Positions 9,328-19,797 of a stretch of 64,000 nt of DNA are shown here, piece after piece. The notes beneath the pieces are model-generated. The model was given only the letters and a program-made list of their open reading frames with translations, made no database searches and was not told where the DNA came from. Position 1 is the first letter of the stretch, and every line of letters begins with the position of its first letter. Source of the stretch: Bdellovibrionales bacterium (GTDB taxonomy: Bacteria; Bdellovibrionota; Bdellovibrionia; Bdellovibrionales; UBA1609); NCBI GenBank assembly GCA_965261545.1, contig CBDHDF010000011.1, positions 32,001 through 96,000 of the forward strand, read 5' to 3'. The position numbers were made by a program, and so were the translations under genes.

Positions 9328-11444
9328 TGGGAATTCTTCTCTAGGAGAGCCTTGCGACTGAGCTTGATTCGCCCCGCCCGATCCACATCGAGAATTTGCA
9401 CATCCACCTCATCTCCCTCACTGAGAATATCCGTCACCTGGCGAATGCGCTCATGGGCAATCTCTGAGATATGAAGAAGTCCGCTCTTGTTGGGGAGAAC
9501 ATCCACAAAAGCCCCAAAATCAGTGATTTTCACCACCTTGCCCTTGTAAATCTGCCCCACTTCAGGTTCCGCACATATGCGCTCAATGATATCAATGGCT
9601 TTTTGGGCTGCCTCGGGGTCGCTGGAAGCAATATGAATCTTGCCATCATCTTCAATATTGATCTTCACACCCGTTTCCTCAATGATGCCTTTGATGGTCT
9701 TCCCACCAGCTCCAATCACCTCGCGAACCTTGTCGGGCTTGACCTGAATGGTTTGAATTCTTGGCGCAAACTCAGAAACTTGACCACGAGAAATCTTCAT
9801 GACCTTTTCCATTTCATTGAGAATGTGGTGGCGTCCCTTCTGGGCCTGATTCAAGGCTTTTTCCATGATGTCAAATGTCAGGCTGTCAATTTTGATATCC
9901 ATTTGTAAGGCTGTGATTCCCTCACGGGTCCCTGCAACTTTGAAATCCATATCGCCAAGGTGATCCTCGTCTCCCAAAATATCAGAGAGGACAGCCACAC
10001 GCTCTCCATCGCTGATAAGCCCCATGGCAATCCCTGCCACATTGCCCTTAATGGGAACGCCCGCATCGAGAAGAGCCAAAGTTCCCGAACAAACTGTGCC
10101 CATGGAGGAAGAGCCATTGGACTCCAAAACCTCACTCACAATACGAATGGTGTAGGGGAACTTTTCCCTATCTGGAAGAACGAACTTCAAAGCTCTTTCG
10201 GCCAAAGAGCCATGGCCAATTTCACGACGACTTTGACCACCCATACGCCCTGTTTCTCCCACACAGTAGGGGGGGAAATTATAGTGGAGCAAAAAGCGTT
10301 TTTTAACCAGTCCCATGAGAGAGTCGATCATCTGCTCATCATCGGCAGTTCCCAAAGTCACTGTCCCCAAAACTTGAGTCTCACCACGGGTAAAAAGTGC
10401 CGAGCCATGGGCTCGGGGAAGAAGTGCCACCTCACAGGCAATGGGGCGAACGGTCTCCCTCTCCCGACCATCAATGCGAACTTGGTCATCCAACACCATG
10501 GAGCGAGCCAAATCGTATTTGAGTTCCCCCATCACAGTGCCAATGTCTTTTTTGAGTTTTTCGGGAAGACCTACGACCTCTTCGCCATCCACAAAAGCGG
10601 CTATGGCCTCTTCATGAACCTTATCCAAAGCTTCGTAACGCTTGGTTTTATCTCTTTCAGTCAGGGCCTCCTTCACTTTGGGAGTGAGAAATTCCACCAC
10701 TTGGGCTCGAAAACCACTATCAACTTCAGGAGCCAAAAATTCTCGCTTCTGGCGAGACCCCATCTTCTCACGAAGCTCATCTTGGGCATCAAAGGTCGCC
10801 ATCATGGATTGGTGACCAAATTTAAGGGCCTCTAAAACTTCAGCCTCACTGGCAAATTGAGCCTCCCCCTCCACCATGAGGATCCCCTTGCGAGTTCCAG
10901 CCATAAACATATCTAAGTCAGCCGCTTCCTCCTGCTCTTTGTTAGGGTTGGCAATAAGCTCTCCATTGCATCGCGCCAACTTTACTGAAGCCGTGGGCCC
11001 CTTAAAGGGAATATCGCTCAAATGAAGGGCTGCCGAAGCTCCTATGCTGGCCAAACTATTCACTGGATATTGTCCATCATGACTTAAAATGGTCAATACC
11101 AGTTGAGTCTCAAAGTTGTAGCCATGGGGAAAGCAAGGACGAAGGGGCCGATCAATGAGGCGACAATTTAGAATGGCCTCACCGGAGGGACGCCCCTCCC
11201 TTTTAAAGTAACCACCAGGGATTTTACCTGTGGAGTAAAATTTCTCACTGTATTCCACCGTTAAGGGAAAAAAATCAAAAGAACTTGGTCTTCTCGACGA
11301 AACCGCTGTAGCCAACACAATATTATTGCCACTTGTTACCAGCACAGAGCCATGGGCCTGCTTTGCAAGACGGCCTGATTCTATGGTCACCTCACGGCCA
11401 CCAATTTCAAACTTAACTTCTTTCTTTTCCATTTTCATTTCCAT
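9324..11444 (-). CDS. pnp: Polyribonucleotide nucleotidyltransferase
   Basis: FFPLTVEY, RREIGHG, SNGSSSM and GDMDFKVAG motifs; KH and S1 domains. Confidence 0.98.
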   Translation of the reverse strand: MEMKMEKKEVKFEIGGREVTIESGRLAKQAHGSVLVTSGNNIVLATAVSSRRPSSFDFFPLTVEYSEKFYSTGKIPGGYFKREGRPSGEAILNCRLIDRPLRPCFPHGYNFETQLVLTILSHDGQYPVNSLASIGASAALHLSDIPFKGPTASVKLARCNGELIANPNKEQEEAADLDMFMAGTRKGILMVEGEAQFASEAEVLEALKFGHQSMMATFDAQDELREKMGSRQKREFLAPEVDSGFRAQVVEFLTPKVKEALTERDKTKRYEALDKVHEEAIAAFVDGEEVVGLPEKLKKDIGTVMGELKYDLARSMVLDDQVRIDGRERETVRPIACEVALLPRAHGSALFTRGETQVLGTVTLGTADDEQMIDSLMGLVKKRFLLHYNFPPYCVGETGRMGGQSRREIGHGSLAERALKFVLPDREKFPYTIRIVSEVLESNGSSSMGTVCSGTLALLDAGVPIKGNVAGIAMGLISDGERVAVLSDILGDEDHLGDMDFKVAGTREGITALQMDIKIDSLTFDIMEKALNQAQKGRHHILNEMEKVMKISRGQVSEFAPRIQTIQVKPDKVREVIGAGGKTIKGIIEETGVKINIEDDGKIHIASSDPEAAQKAIDIIERICAEPEVGQIYKGKVVKITDFGAFVDVLPNKSGLLHISEIAHERIRQVTDILSEGDEVDVQILDVDRAGRIKLSRKALLEKNSH

Positions 11445-11490
11445 CTTATCTCCATCTCCTATTTGGATATAACACATGTATCGTCGGTTT

Positions 11491-11760
11491 TTACTTTCTT
11501 AATCCTAACTCATCAATCAGGCTTTTGTACTTTTGAACATTGCAACTTCTCAGGTAATCCAAAAGCTTACGACGACGACTCACCATGCGAATCAGGCCAC
11601 GACGGCTGTGGTGATCCTGTTTGTTGGCTTTAAAGTGCTCCGTAAGCTGCTTGATTCGAAAGGTAAGAAGGGCCACCTGCACCTCTGAGCTGCCTGTATC
11701 AAGCTCAGCGCGACGGAAATGTTGAATAATTTGTTCTTTTTCTGCACCAAGGAGTGCCAT
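11491..11760 (-). CDS. rpsO: 30S ribosomal protein S15
   Basis: [13 protein letters not shown]…DHHSRRGL; 89 aa. Confidence 0.98.
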   Translation of the reverse strand: MALLGAEKEQIIQHFRRAELDTGSSEVQVALLTFRIKQLTEHFKANKQDHHSRRGLIRMVSRRRKLLDYLRSCNVQKYKSLIDELGLRK

Positions 11761-11872
11761 ATGAAACCTCCAAAATAAAATGTGAATGGTTCTGCTCCAT
11801 CAAAGCAAGACAGAAAAAGAACCGCAATACAAAGTCATAGATATAAAGTCATATAAAATATAAACAACAAAA

Positions 11873-12814
11873 TCAAGTCCCCCATGGGATAGCTTGTATG
11901 GGATAGCTTGTTTTGAAAATCTTTTTAATCTTCAAAGAGTCAAAGGGACGCACCTCTAGAAGACCGAGGAGATTCCCTCCTGTTCCACTCATCACTCTCA
12001 CAGGAATGGACTCTTGGCGACCGTTGGCTTGCTTTTGGCTGTAAACCAATCTTTGAGATAGCTCATGGGGAATCTGTCCATTCTTCATGAGACGCTCACT
12101 CTTTCCACTCACTGTAAAAGCTTTATAGGGGCTGACGCAATCCTGAAACGAGGTGAAGTAGGGGGGGGCAAGCCCCTCTTTTTTTAGTTTCTCTAAAGTA
12201 ATGGCCGCTTCGACCTTGTAGGGAAGTGAGGCCAACCTTCTCAACTGCTCCACACAGGCGCCAACTCCCAGTTGGCGACCCAACTCATAGGCCCAAGATC
12301 GAATAAAACTCCCCTTAGAACAGCTCAGGCTGACCTCCACAAAATCAGAGCCCACAGACTCCAATGAAACATTATAAAACTTCATTTCACGCAGAGGAAT
12401 TTCCACTTGCTTTCCCTCTCTTGCGTACTCATAGAGCTTCTTTCCCCCTCTTTTCACAGCAGAAAAAATGGGGACCGGCAAAACCAAGTCCCCCTCAAGC
12501 CTCTCCACCTCTGAAACCACCTGTCTAGGACTTAAAACTCCCGTATTCTTTTTCTGAATGACCTTGCCATCCGTGTCCCAGGTTTCAGTTTCTACACCCA
12601 GTTTCACTTTGATGTGATACCATTTATCACGATTCAATAAGCCCTGGGACAAATGAGTTCCCTCACCAAGAAGAATCACCAAAAGACCGGTGGCCAGTGG
12701 ATCCAAAGTCCCGGCATGACCGACAGCCTTCATTTTCAAAATACGTCGAACCTCTCGAACAATATCATGGGAAGTCATACCCGAAGGCTTGTCTATCAAT
12801 AAAATACCATCCAT
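11873..12814 (-). CDS. truB: tRNA pseudouridine(55) synthase
   Basis: DKPSGMTSHD, GHAGTLDPLATG, CSKGSFIRS. Confidence 0.97.
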   Translation of the reverse strand: MDGILLIDKPSGMTSHDIVREVRRILKMKAVGHAGTLDPLATGLLVILLGEGTHLSQGLLNRDKWYHIKVKLGVETETWDTDGKVIQKKNTGVLSPRQVVSEVERLEGDLVLPVPIFSAVKRGGKKLYEYAREGKQVEIPLREMKFYNVSLESVGSDFVEVSLSCSKGSFIRSWAYELGRQLGVGACVEQLRRLASLPYKVEAAITLEKLKKEGLAPPYFTSFQDCVSPYKAFTVSGKSERLMKNGQIPHELSQRLVYSQKQANGRQESIPVRVMSGTGGNLLGLLEVRPFDSLKIKKIFKTSYPIQAIPWGT

Positions 12815-13270
12815 TCAATCCTCACCCTCGTTCAGACTTTTCTGTAGCTCCTCTGTCTGGCCCAACAACAACTCATTTTTCTCGCCTAGCGATTTTTCTC
12901 TTTGATTCAGCAATTCTTTCCTCTCGTCTTGCAACTCCTTGAGAGTCTTGTGAATATGCTCTCCGTGGACAAAGCCACGATCCCAAATCATCCGAAGTTT
13001 AGGGCAAAACTTCATGGGCAGTCGTCGGCTGACCTCCCTCTGAATATCTCCCACATTTTCCTTGAGAGTATCTATATTTTCACTAGCCTCCTCATCTTCA
13101 ACCCCCATAAAGCTCACAAACACCCTCGCTCCACGAAGATCTGCACTCACCTCGACACGGGCCACTGTCACCAAGCCGTGAAGGGGTCTATGAAAGCCAC
13201 CCAGCAAATATTTAGCAATCACCTGCTTCAATTCCTTCTCAACTCGCTGAATCCGCCAAGAACCCGACAT
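12815..13270 (-). CDS. rbfA: Ribosome-binding factor A
   Basis: RIQRV…VTVARVEVSADLRGARVFVS; located between infB and truB. Confidence 0.95.
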   Translation of the reverse strand: MSGSWRIQRVEKELKQVIAKYLLGGFHRPLHGLVTVARVEVSADLRGARVFVSFMGVEDEEASENIDTLKENVGDIQREVSRRLPMKFCPKLRMIWDRGFVHGEHIHKTLKELQDERKELLNQREKSLGEKNELLLGQTEELQKSLNEGED

Positions 13271-13325
13271 AAAGACACTCTCTCTTTCCCTAGACTTCAG
13301 GAAATCTTAGGAGACTCTAGAAAAC

Positions 13326-16253
13326 TCAGGACTCCAATGAATCCAAAGTTCGAGCCACCTCTTCTTCAATATAAGCCTCTATAACGTCTCCCACCTTGAT
13401 GTCATTGTAGTTTTCAATTCCAATACCACATTCATAGCCACTGGCAACTTCCTTGGCGTCATCTTTATAACGCTTTAAACTCCCCAAAGTTCCTTCGTAG
13501 ACAACTCGCCCATCTCGAATGAGGCGCAGTTTAGAAGTTCGATAAATCTTTCCATCCACCACAGAGCAGCCTGCAATAACACCTAACCTAGGTATACTGA
13601 ATATCTCGCGAACCTCAGCTTGCCCTTGGGATTTTTCCACGATATCTGGACGCAGGAGGCCACTTAGGGCCTTTTTCACATCATCGATCAACTCGTAAAT
13701 AATCTTGTAGGTCTTAATTTCAACGCCCTTTTCCTTGGCCATGCGCTGGGCACTGGAGTCGGGTCGAACATTAAAACCAATCACAACTCCACCAGATGTG
13801 TTCGCCAGCAAAATATCAGACTCACTCACTCCACCCACTCCCGAGTGAATGATATTGACCTTGACTTCCTCGTGATTCAGCTTTGCAAGCATTCCCTTAA
13901 TGGCCTCGTTGCTTCCCACAACATCTGACTTCAAAACAATCACCAACTCTTGAACATTTCCCGCCTTTACTTTGGAGAAAATCTCCTCAAGGGACATACC
14001 CGCATGTGGTGTTTCCACTTTTTTCTGAACTTCAGCAACACGCTGCTGGGCAATCTCGTGGGCCAGACCCTCCTCCTGACAAACATCAAACCGATCCCCT
14101 GCCTGGGGAGTGGACTCAATACCAGCGACCTCCACGGGAACACCCGGTCCAGCCTCCTTCAAACCAACCCCCAACTCATTGTGCAAACGACGAACACGCC
14201 CCATCGTCATCCCTACAACCATGAAATCTCCCACTCTTAGGGTTCCTTCTTGAACAAGAAGAGTGGCCACATTTCCACGACCTTTTTTGATACTTCCCTC
14301 AATGACCGTGCCCGTGGCCGACCGCTTGGGATTCGCTCGAAGTTCTAGAACCTCTGCTTGGAGGTGAATTTGCTCTATAAGATTCTCAATGCCCTGCTTT
14401 TTCAGTGCGGAAACTTCCACAAAAAGAGTGCGCCCCCCCCATTCTTCTGGAATGAGTTCATACTCCATAAGCTGCTGCTTGATCCTTTCCATATTGGCAT
14501 CGGGACGATCGACCTTGTTGACGGCGACAATAACGGGAACCTCTGCGGCCTTGGCATGGTTGATGGCCTCTGCTGTTTGGGGCATCACTCCATCATCTGC
14601 GGCCACAACAAGAACCACAATATCTGTGACATTGGCCCCCCGAGCACGCATCTCTGTAAAGGCAGCATGGCCTGGAGTATCTATAAATGTCGCCATCTTT
14701 CCATCAGGTAGAGCCACACGATAGGCACCAATATGTTGAGTGATGCCCCCGGCCTCACCCGACACCACATCAGAACTTCGAATGGCATCCAAAAGAGTTG
14801 TCTTGCCGTGGTCCACATGGCCCATCACCGTCACCACAGGAGGGCGCACAACAGGCTCTGCATCTAAGTCACCAAAAGCCACATGTTTCACCCTCTCGTC
14901 GATATCCATATGTAAATTCTCTGCTTCAAAGCCAAACTCGGGGACAACAAGAGACACAGTGTCAAAATCCAACTCTGTATTTATGTTTGCCTTCACTCCT
15001 TCAGAAATAAGCTTTTTTGTCAATTGAACATGTTTCACGCCCAACTTTTGAGCCAAATCTGATACTTTGATAACATTGTGCACCTTCACAATCCGTTTTG
15101 AAGCCTTTGGAGTGGTCAACTGGTTTTTTTTGCCTTCTCTAATAATGGGAAAGCGCCTTTTCTTGGGTTGAAAAATGACCTCTCTTTTACGAAATTCAGT
15201 GGCCGCAAAAGTTTGCACAGGCTGCTCTTTGCCCACTCCAGCACTGGGTTTCTTTTTTGCAGGTTTTTCTTTCTCGCGTGACTCTGATTCTGGAGAAGGA
15301 GGTATATCGATAGGCATGGCCACAAAACCTGTACGAATATTTCGGTGGACTGTTCTTTGGGGGCGCATAGATGATCCTTCACCGGACCTCCCAAAGCCTT
15401 GAATTTTGCCTAAGTCCATCCGACCCACAATATTTTTGCGAGTTTTTACCTCACCTTCACTCTTCCCTTCTTTTTCTTTTGCCGCAGGGTATGGTGTTTC
15501 CTTCCCCTTAGAGGAACTCTCCGAAGCTTGGAGTTCTGGGGAATCCATAGAAGATGAGGAAGTTAGAGCCGCAGAACCTGAGTCTGTGGCCTCATTGGAT
15601 AAAAGAGAAGTATTCACGGACTCCGAAGTCGTCGCTGCTGCCTCCTCTGCTGCCTTTACATCAGCCCTTCGACGAATCACCACCCTTTTCTTCTTAGACT
15701 TTTCATGCTCCTGACCCGTTGTAGTTAAATCACCTGTGATTTTTTGGGGCTCGACTTGACTTGCCGCTGCCCCCTTGGTCACTGCCTTTTGCGCCACCAC
15801 TTTTTTAGCACCAGTTTTCTTAGTCACTGTTTTTTTAGTTGTTGCTTTTTTAGTTGTTGCTTTTTTAGCAGCGTCTTTCTTGGTCACTGCTTTTTTTGCC
15901 CCTGTCTTCTTTTTGGCCATCTTTTTCTTTGTAGTCTTCTCTGTGACCTCATTTTGCCGCTCGTCCCCACCCTCATCTTTTTTCGTGGTTTCTTGAGGGG
16001 TCTCTCGTCCCCCACTTTTCTCTAAGGCGACGTTTTTCTTGATCACTTTTTTGGTGATCTTCTTCCCTGCCTTCTTAGCTTTTTTCCTTCTCCCTGGATA
16101 AAGGCGATGTTCAATTTCGACAATCATCTCCTCGCTGAGAGCGACCATATGACTTCTGACAGGCAGTTGCCACTCACGAATCTTGTCCATGAGAGCTAGG
16201 GTCTCCATGCCTATTTCCTTTGCATATTCAAAAACTTTTGGTTGCTCGCCCAA
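13326..16253 (-). CDS. infB: Translation initiation factor IF-2
   Basis: [17 protein letters not shown] and NKVD motifs; long Lys-rich N-domain; TTG start. Confidence 0.98.
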   Translation of the reverse strand: MGEQPKVFEYAKEIGMETLALMDKIREWQLPVRSHMVALSEEMIVEIEHRLYPGRRKKAKKAGKKITKKVIKKNVALEKSGGRETPQETTKKDEGGDERQNEVTEKTTKKKMAKKKTGAKKAVTKKDAAKKATTKKATTKKTVTKKTGAKKVVAQKAVTKGAAASQVEPQKITGDLTTTGQEHEKSKKKRVVIRRRADVKAAEEAAATTSESVNTSLLSNEATDSGSAALTSSSSMDSPELQASESSSKGKETPYPAAKEKEGKSEGEVKTRKNIVGRMDLGKIQGFGRSGEGSSMRPQRTVHRNIRTGFVAMPIDIPPSPESESREKEKPAKKKPSAGVGKEQPVQTFAATEFRKREVIFQPKKRRFPIIREGKKNQLTTPKASKRIVKVHNVIKVSDLAQKLGVKHVQLTKKLISEGVKANINTELDFDTVSLVVPEFGFEAENLHMDIDERVKHVAFGDLDAEPVVRPPVVTVMGHVDHGKTTLLDAIRSSDVVSGEAGGITQHIGAYRVALPDGKMATFIDTPGHAAFTEMRARGANVTDIVVLVVAADDGVMPQTAEAINHAKAAEVPVIVAVNKVDRPDANMERIKQQLMEYELIPEEWGGRTLFVEVSALKKQGIENLIEQIHLQAEVLELRANPKRSATGTVIEGSIKKGRGNVATLLVQEGTLRVGDFMVVGMTMGRVRRLHNELGVGLKEAGPGVPVEVAGIESTPQAGDRFDVCQEEGLAHEIAQQRVAEVQKKVETPHAGMSLEEIFSKVKAGNVQELVIVLKSDVVGSNEAIKGMLAKLNHEEVKVNIIHSGVGGVSESDILLANTSGGVVIGFNVRPDSSAQRMAKEKGVEIKTYKIIYELIDDVKKALSGLLRPDIVEKSQGQAEVREIFSIPRLGVIAGCSVVDGKIYRTSKLRLIRDGRVVYEGTLGSLKRYKDDAKEVASGYECGIGIENYNDIKVGDVIEAYIEEEVARTLDSLES

Positions 16254-16336
16254 AATAACTCCTCATAGTTATTGCCATTGTCATCCTTCAAACACTGCAT
16301 TTGAAGATTCGCATTACACACTTTTTATATCATGTT

Positions 16337-17869
16337 TTATATTTGATCTGTTTCTTGTTCTTGATTTTCTTGTTCAGAAAACTTTGTGGTTTCTTCGATT
16401 TCTCCGACCTTTGTGGTTTCTTCCTCAAGTTTTCCAGCTTCTTCCTCAAGTTTTCCAGCTTCTTCCTCTGTTTTCAGTTGCTCAAGTTGAACTTTGAGAA
16501 GGGCCTCAGCCTGAGATTTCACATCGCTGCCACCTCCCATATCTATAGAAGCTTCTTTAACCACGGGAGCTGTGGGAATTTCTTTGCCTTCAGATACGTA
16601 CTTCTCCATAATATCTTTTGCTCCTTGCATAAGAGCACGGGCTTTCTCCTCATCTTCATAACCGGGTATGCTCATAATAGACTGAAGTTCAGCTTCTGCA
16701 AGAGCTTGGAAAGACGCAAAACCCGATTGGAAAATATTCTGCGCCATGGTTTCTGTCATACTTGGCACGAGCATTAAGTTGAAAATAGCTTCTGCCGTGC
16801 GAGAAGCCAAATTGGCTTCAGACACAATATCTAAACCCCACCCAGAGAGTTTGGATGCTAGGCGTACATTTTGCCCTCGGCGACCAATAGCCAAACTTAA
16901 ATGGCTATCAGGAACAACAATATCCATTTCCTTGCGACTTTCATCAACAAAAACCTTTTCAACTTCAGCAGGTGCCAAAGTATTGCAAACAAACCGCGCA
17001 ATGTCTTCACTCCAAGGAATAATATCAATTTTTTCACCGCGAAGTTCTTGGATGACATTCTGCACACGGCTTCCTTTGATTCCCACACAGGCGCCTACGG
17101 GATCCACTGTGGCCTCTTTACTGGTCACCGCAACCTTAGCCCGCTGCCCAGGTTCACGAACCGCTCCCACAATTTGTACAATCCCATCATAAATTTCTGG
17201 GACTTCAAGCTCAAAGAGCTTTATTAAGTAGCGCTCATCAGCTCGGGACATAATGATTCGAGGTCCACGAGTGGTTTGACGCACATCTGCAATATAACCT
17301 TGGATACGATCTCCAGGTTTGTAAGTCTCACCTGGGATCTGCTCCCTTGGTGGAATATAAGCCTCCGTGCGACCAAGATCCACAACAATCGCCCCTCGTT
17401 CCACGCGCCGAGCAATCCCCGAAGCAATTTCACCTTTGCGTTGTTCAAACTCGTTAAATATGATATCTCTTTCTGCATCTCGAACCTTTTGAGTGATAAT
17501 TTGCTTAGCCGTTTGCGCTGCGATGCGTCCGAGATCCATGGTTTCAAGTTTAGCTCCCACGTGGTCACTAAGTTGAACATCAGCATCCAACTCCACAGCT
17601 TCGGAGTACTTGATCTCCACTTCTTCGTCGATAAAATCTTCGTCTTGCACCACCTCTTTAAACTCAAAAAGCTCCACTTCTCCCAGTTCTTCGTTGTATT
17701 GAGCCTCAATCTCCCTATAGGTTCCATACTTTTTACGAGCTGCCACCAACATGCCTTGGACAACGGCATCAATAACCAAGCTTTTATCAATACCCTTATC
17801 CTTACCAACCATATCAATCATTCGACTTAAATCTGAAAATAAATTGTCTGTAGCCATTTTGTACCTCAT
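16337..17869 (-). CDS. nusA: Transcription termination factor NusA
   Basis: GRIAAQTAKQ, S1 and KH domains (GACVGIKGSRV, AIGRRGQNVRLA); acidic tail. Confidence 0.98.
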   Translation of the reverse strand: MRYKMATDNLFSDLSRMIDMVGKDKGIDKSLVIDAVVQGMLVAARKKYGTYREIEAQYNEELGEVELFEFKEVVQDEDFIDEEVEIKYSEAVELDADVQLSDHVGAKLETMDLGRIAAQTAKQIITQKVRDAERDIIFNEFEQRKGEIASGIARRVERGAIVVDLGRTEAYIPPREQIPGETYKPGDRIQGYIADVRQTTRGPRIIMSRADERYLIKLFELEVPEIYDGIVQIVGAVREPGQRAKVAVTSKEATVDPVGACVGIKGSRVQNVIQELRGEKIDIIPWSEDIARFVCNTLAPAEVEKVFVDESRKEMDIVVPDSHLSLAIGRRGQNVRLASKLSGWGLDIVSEANLASRTAEAIFNLMLVPSMTETMAQNIFQSGFASFQALAEAELQSIMSIPGYEDEEKARALMQGAKDIMEKYVSEGKEIPTAPVVKEASIDMGGGSDVKSQAEALLKVQLEQLKTEEEAGKLEEEAGKLEEETTKVGEIEETTKFSEQENQEQETDQI

Positions 17870-17892
17870 TTATTTCATTTAAAAATGCTTCT

Positions 17893-18438
17893 TTAAATTT
17901 TTAAATTCTTTTCATTAAAGTTAAACACCACGTGAGCTTTGCGTATTTGATTAAGTGATACTTCCAAAGAAGAAGAACCCAAATCGACAACCACTTGGTC
18001 ACCCTGGACTTGGACGAGAACGCCACTAAAGTGCTTCACTTTCTTGCCCTGTTCTCGACCCTGTTCTCGAATAGTGATGGGGTGAGTTAGGTGAACCTTC
18101 ACAACTTCGTTGACAGCTCCTTGAAAATGCCACCGCTCCTTGAGCCGTCTCTCTACCCCCGGACTTGAGACCTCCAAATCATAGCGATCACCGGCTATGA
18201 TATCTGAATCTTGATTGTCCAAAAGCAGGCTCAGCCCACGAGAAACCTTCTCACACTTATCAAGACTTATTCCCTCAGGGCTTAAAATAAAAATTCGCAA
18301 GATCCTGCTCTTTGCATCGAGAAATTCCAAGTCATAAAGCTCACAGGATTGCCTATGACAAACCTCCCGAGCCAAATCCCTGAGTTGCTCTAACATAGCA
18401 TCACTTAAAGAGCTCACTCTCAAAAACTCCACAGTCAA
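17893..18438 (-). CDS. rimP: Ribosome maturation factor RimP
   Basis: YDLEVSSPGVERRL; first gene of the nusA-infB operon. Start codon uncertain. Confidence 0.95.
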   Translation of the reverse strand: MTVEFLRVSSLSDAMLEQLRDLAREVCHRQSCELYDLEFLDAKSRILRIFILSPEGISLDKCEKVSRGLSLLLDNQDSDIIAGDRYDLEVSSPGVERRLKERWHFQGAVNEVVKVHLTHPITIREQGREQGKKVKHFSGVLVQVQGDQVVVDLGSSSLEVSLNQIRKAHVVFNFNEKNLKI

Positions 18439-18581
18439 AAATTAAGAAATACCTACAAGCTCTAAACCCATAACAAAGAACTTATAACAAGAACTTAGCT
18501 TTAGATGACATATGGGGCTGTAAACGAGGCAACAAATCTAGGCAGTCCTAATAACAACTAGGCACAAACTAGATAACAAAC

Positions 18582-18607
18582 AAAAAAGAGGGCCACCGGC
18601 CCTCTTT
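18582..18607 (-). terminator. rimP-leader terminator/attenuator hairpin
   Basis: Minus strand AAAGAGGGCC-GGT-GGCCCTC-TTTTTT upstream of rimP, matching the GGGC…GCCC rimP-leader pattern. Confidence 0.75.
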
Positions 18608-18832
18608 ACATCACAGTAACACCACATCTAACAACCACACCACAGAAACAACACACTAAGGCCCAGTTTCTATCAAATATTTTCTACATATGCAACCTAT
18701 TAAGAGAAGATTCTCCATTCATCTATAAAATATTTCAGAATCTTCCAAAAATATTGCAGAGAGTTATGCCTTCTCAATGATTTTCTTCTCAATGATTTTT
18801 TTAGTTATTTCTTAGTGGGTTCTCACGGAGTC

Positions 18833-19702
18833 TCAGTGGCTTCTCAATGAGATCTGAGATTTGGTGAAGCTCTCTCCCCACTTCACTTGAGCCGGTAGGG
18901 GAGCCGTTGGCTTTTGAGAGGCGATTTCGGTTGAGACAAGGTTTAAATTTTTAGATGTAAGCACAATGACTGTGCTCCCCATATGGAAGACTCCCAGTTC
19001 TTCGCCCTTTTTTATGGGCAAGGGTGTGGAATAATGGATCCGGCGGGGCTTGCGAAAATGTTGAACATTGGTGATGATTTCTGGCTCAAATGACAATGTG
19101 ATTTGGCCCACGTTGGTGGCTCCCACCATGACAAGAATAAGGGGGCCGTGGGGCGTTTGAAGTCGAATAATGACTCTTTCATTGATAGAAAATAATTGGC
19201 TGATATTTTCCACACTCCATGGATTGACAGGCCACAATCTTCCAGGAAGGTATTCGCAGGACTCCACCAAGCCTTCCATAGGACTGTGAACCCGGTGATA
19301 ATCCGTGGGACACAGGTAGTACGTTAAAACCCCCCCCCCTTTAAAGGTTTTGAGTTCTTCCTCTGTACCATGAATAAATGTTTTTAAACTATAAAATTTA
19401 TCTTTAGCTTGAATCAGTTGATCGCCATCAATGGATTGAACTCCTGTGAGAGTTGAATCCGCCGGGTGAACGTAATGATCCTGAGAAAGGGGTCTCAGGC
19501 CATGCTTGAGTCGCCGAACAAAGAGGTCCCCAATGGATGAGTAGAAGTCTTTCTCAGCCTCTGACATGTCAATAGAGTATTTTTTTATGAACCACTGAAC
19601 GAGCCAAAAGCCAAGGGGTTGAGGGCATCGTATGCGCACTAGTTTTCCAACAAAAAAACTCAAAAAATTTTTGGGAATAAAGTATAAAAACCACATGAAC
19701 AA
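18833..19702 (-). CDS. psd: Phosphatidylserine decarboxylase proenzyme
   Basis: YLCPTDYHRVHSP, VGATNVGQI and FHMGST self-cleavage motif. Confidence 0.95.
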   Translation of the reverse strand: MFMWFLYFIPKNFLSFFVGKLVRIRCPQPLGFWLVQWFIKKYSIDMSEAEKDFYSSIGDLFVRRLKHGLRPLSQDHYVHPADSTLTGVQSIDGDQLIQAKDKFYSLKTFIHGTEEELKTFKGGGVLTYYLCPTDYHRVHSPMEGLVESCEYLPGRLWPVNPWSVENISQLFSINERVIIRLQTPHGPLILVMVGATNVGQITLSFEPEIITNVQHFRKPRRIHYSTPLPIKKGEELGVFHMGSTVIVLTSKNLNLVSTEIASQKPTAPLPAQVKWGESFTKSQISLRSH

Positions 19703-19797
19703 CCTAACCCCAGTTTCGGATTTTTCAATACTAAAGATCAGCTAGCCTTCGATATCTTCAATGAAATGCCTTAGAACTAACATTCGAAGCCCCACAG

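Noticed and set aside
9960..10835. 291-aa antisense ORF within pnp (and similar ones in nusA, infB and the permease)
   Set aside because: Antisense or alternate-frame shadows of conserved genes, with no motifs.
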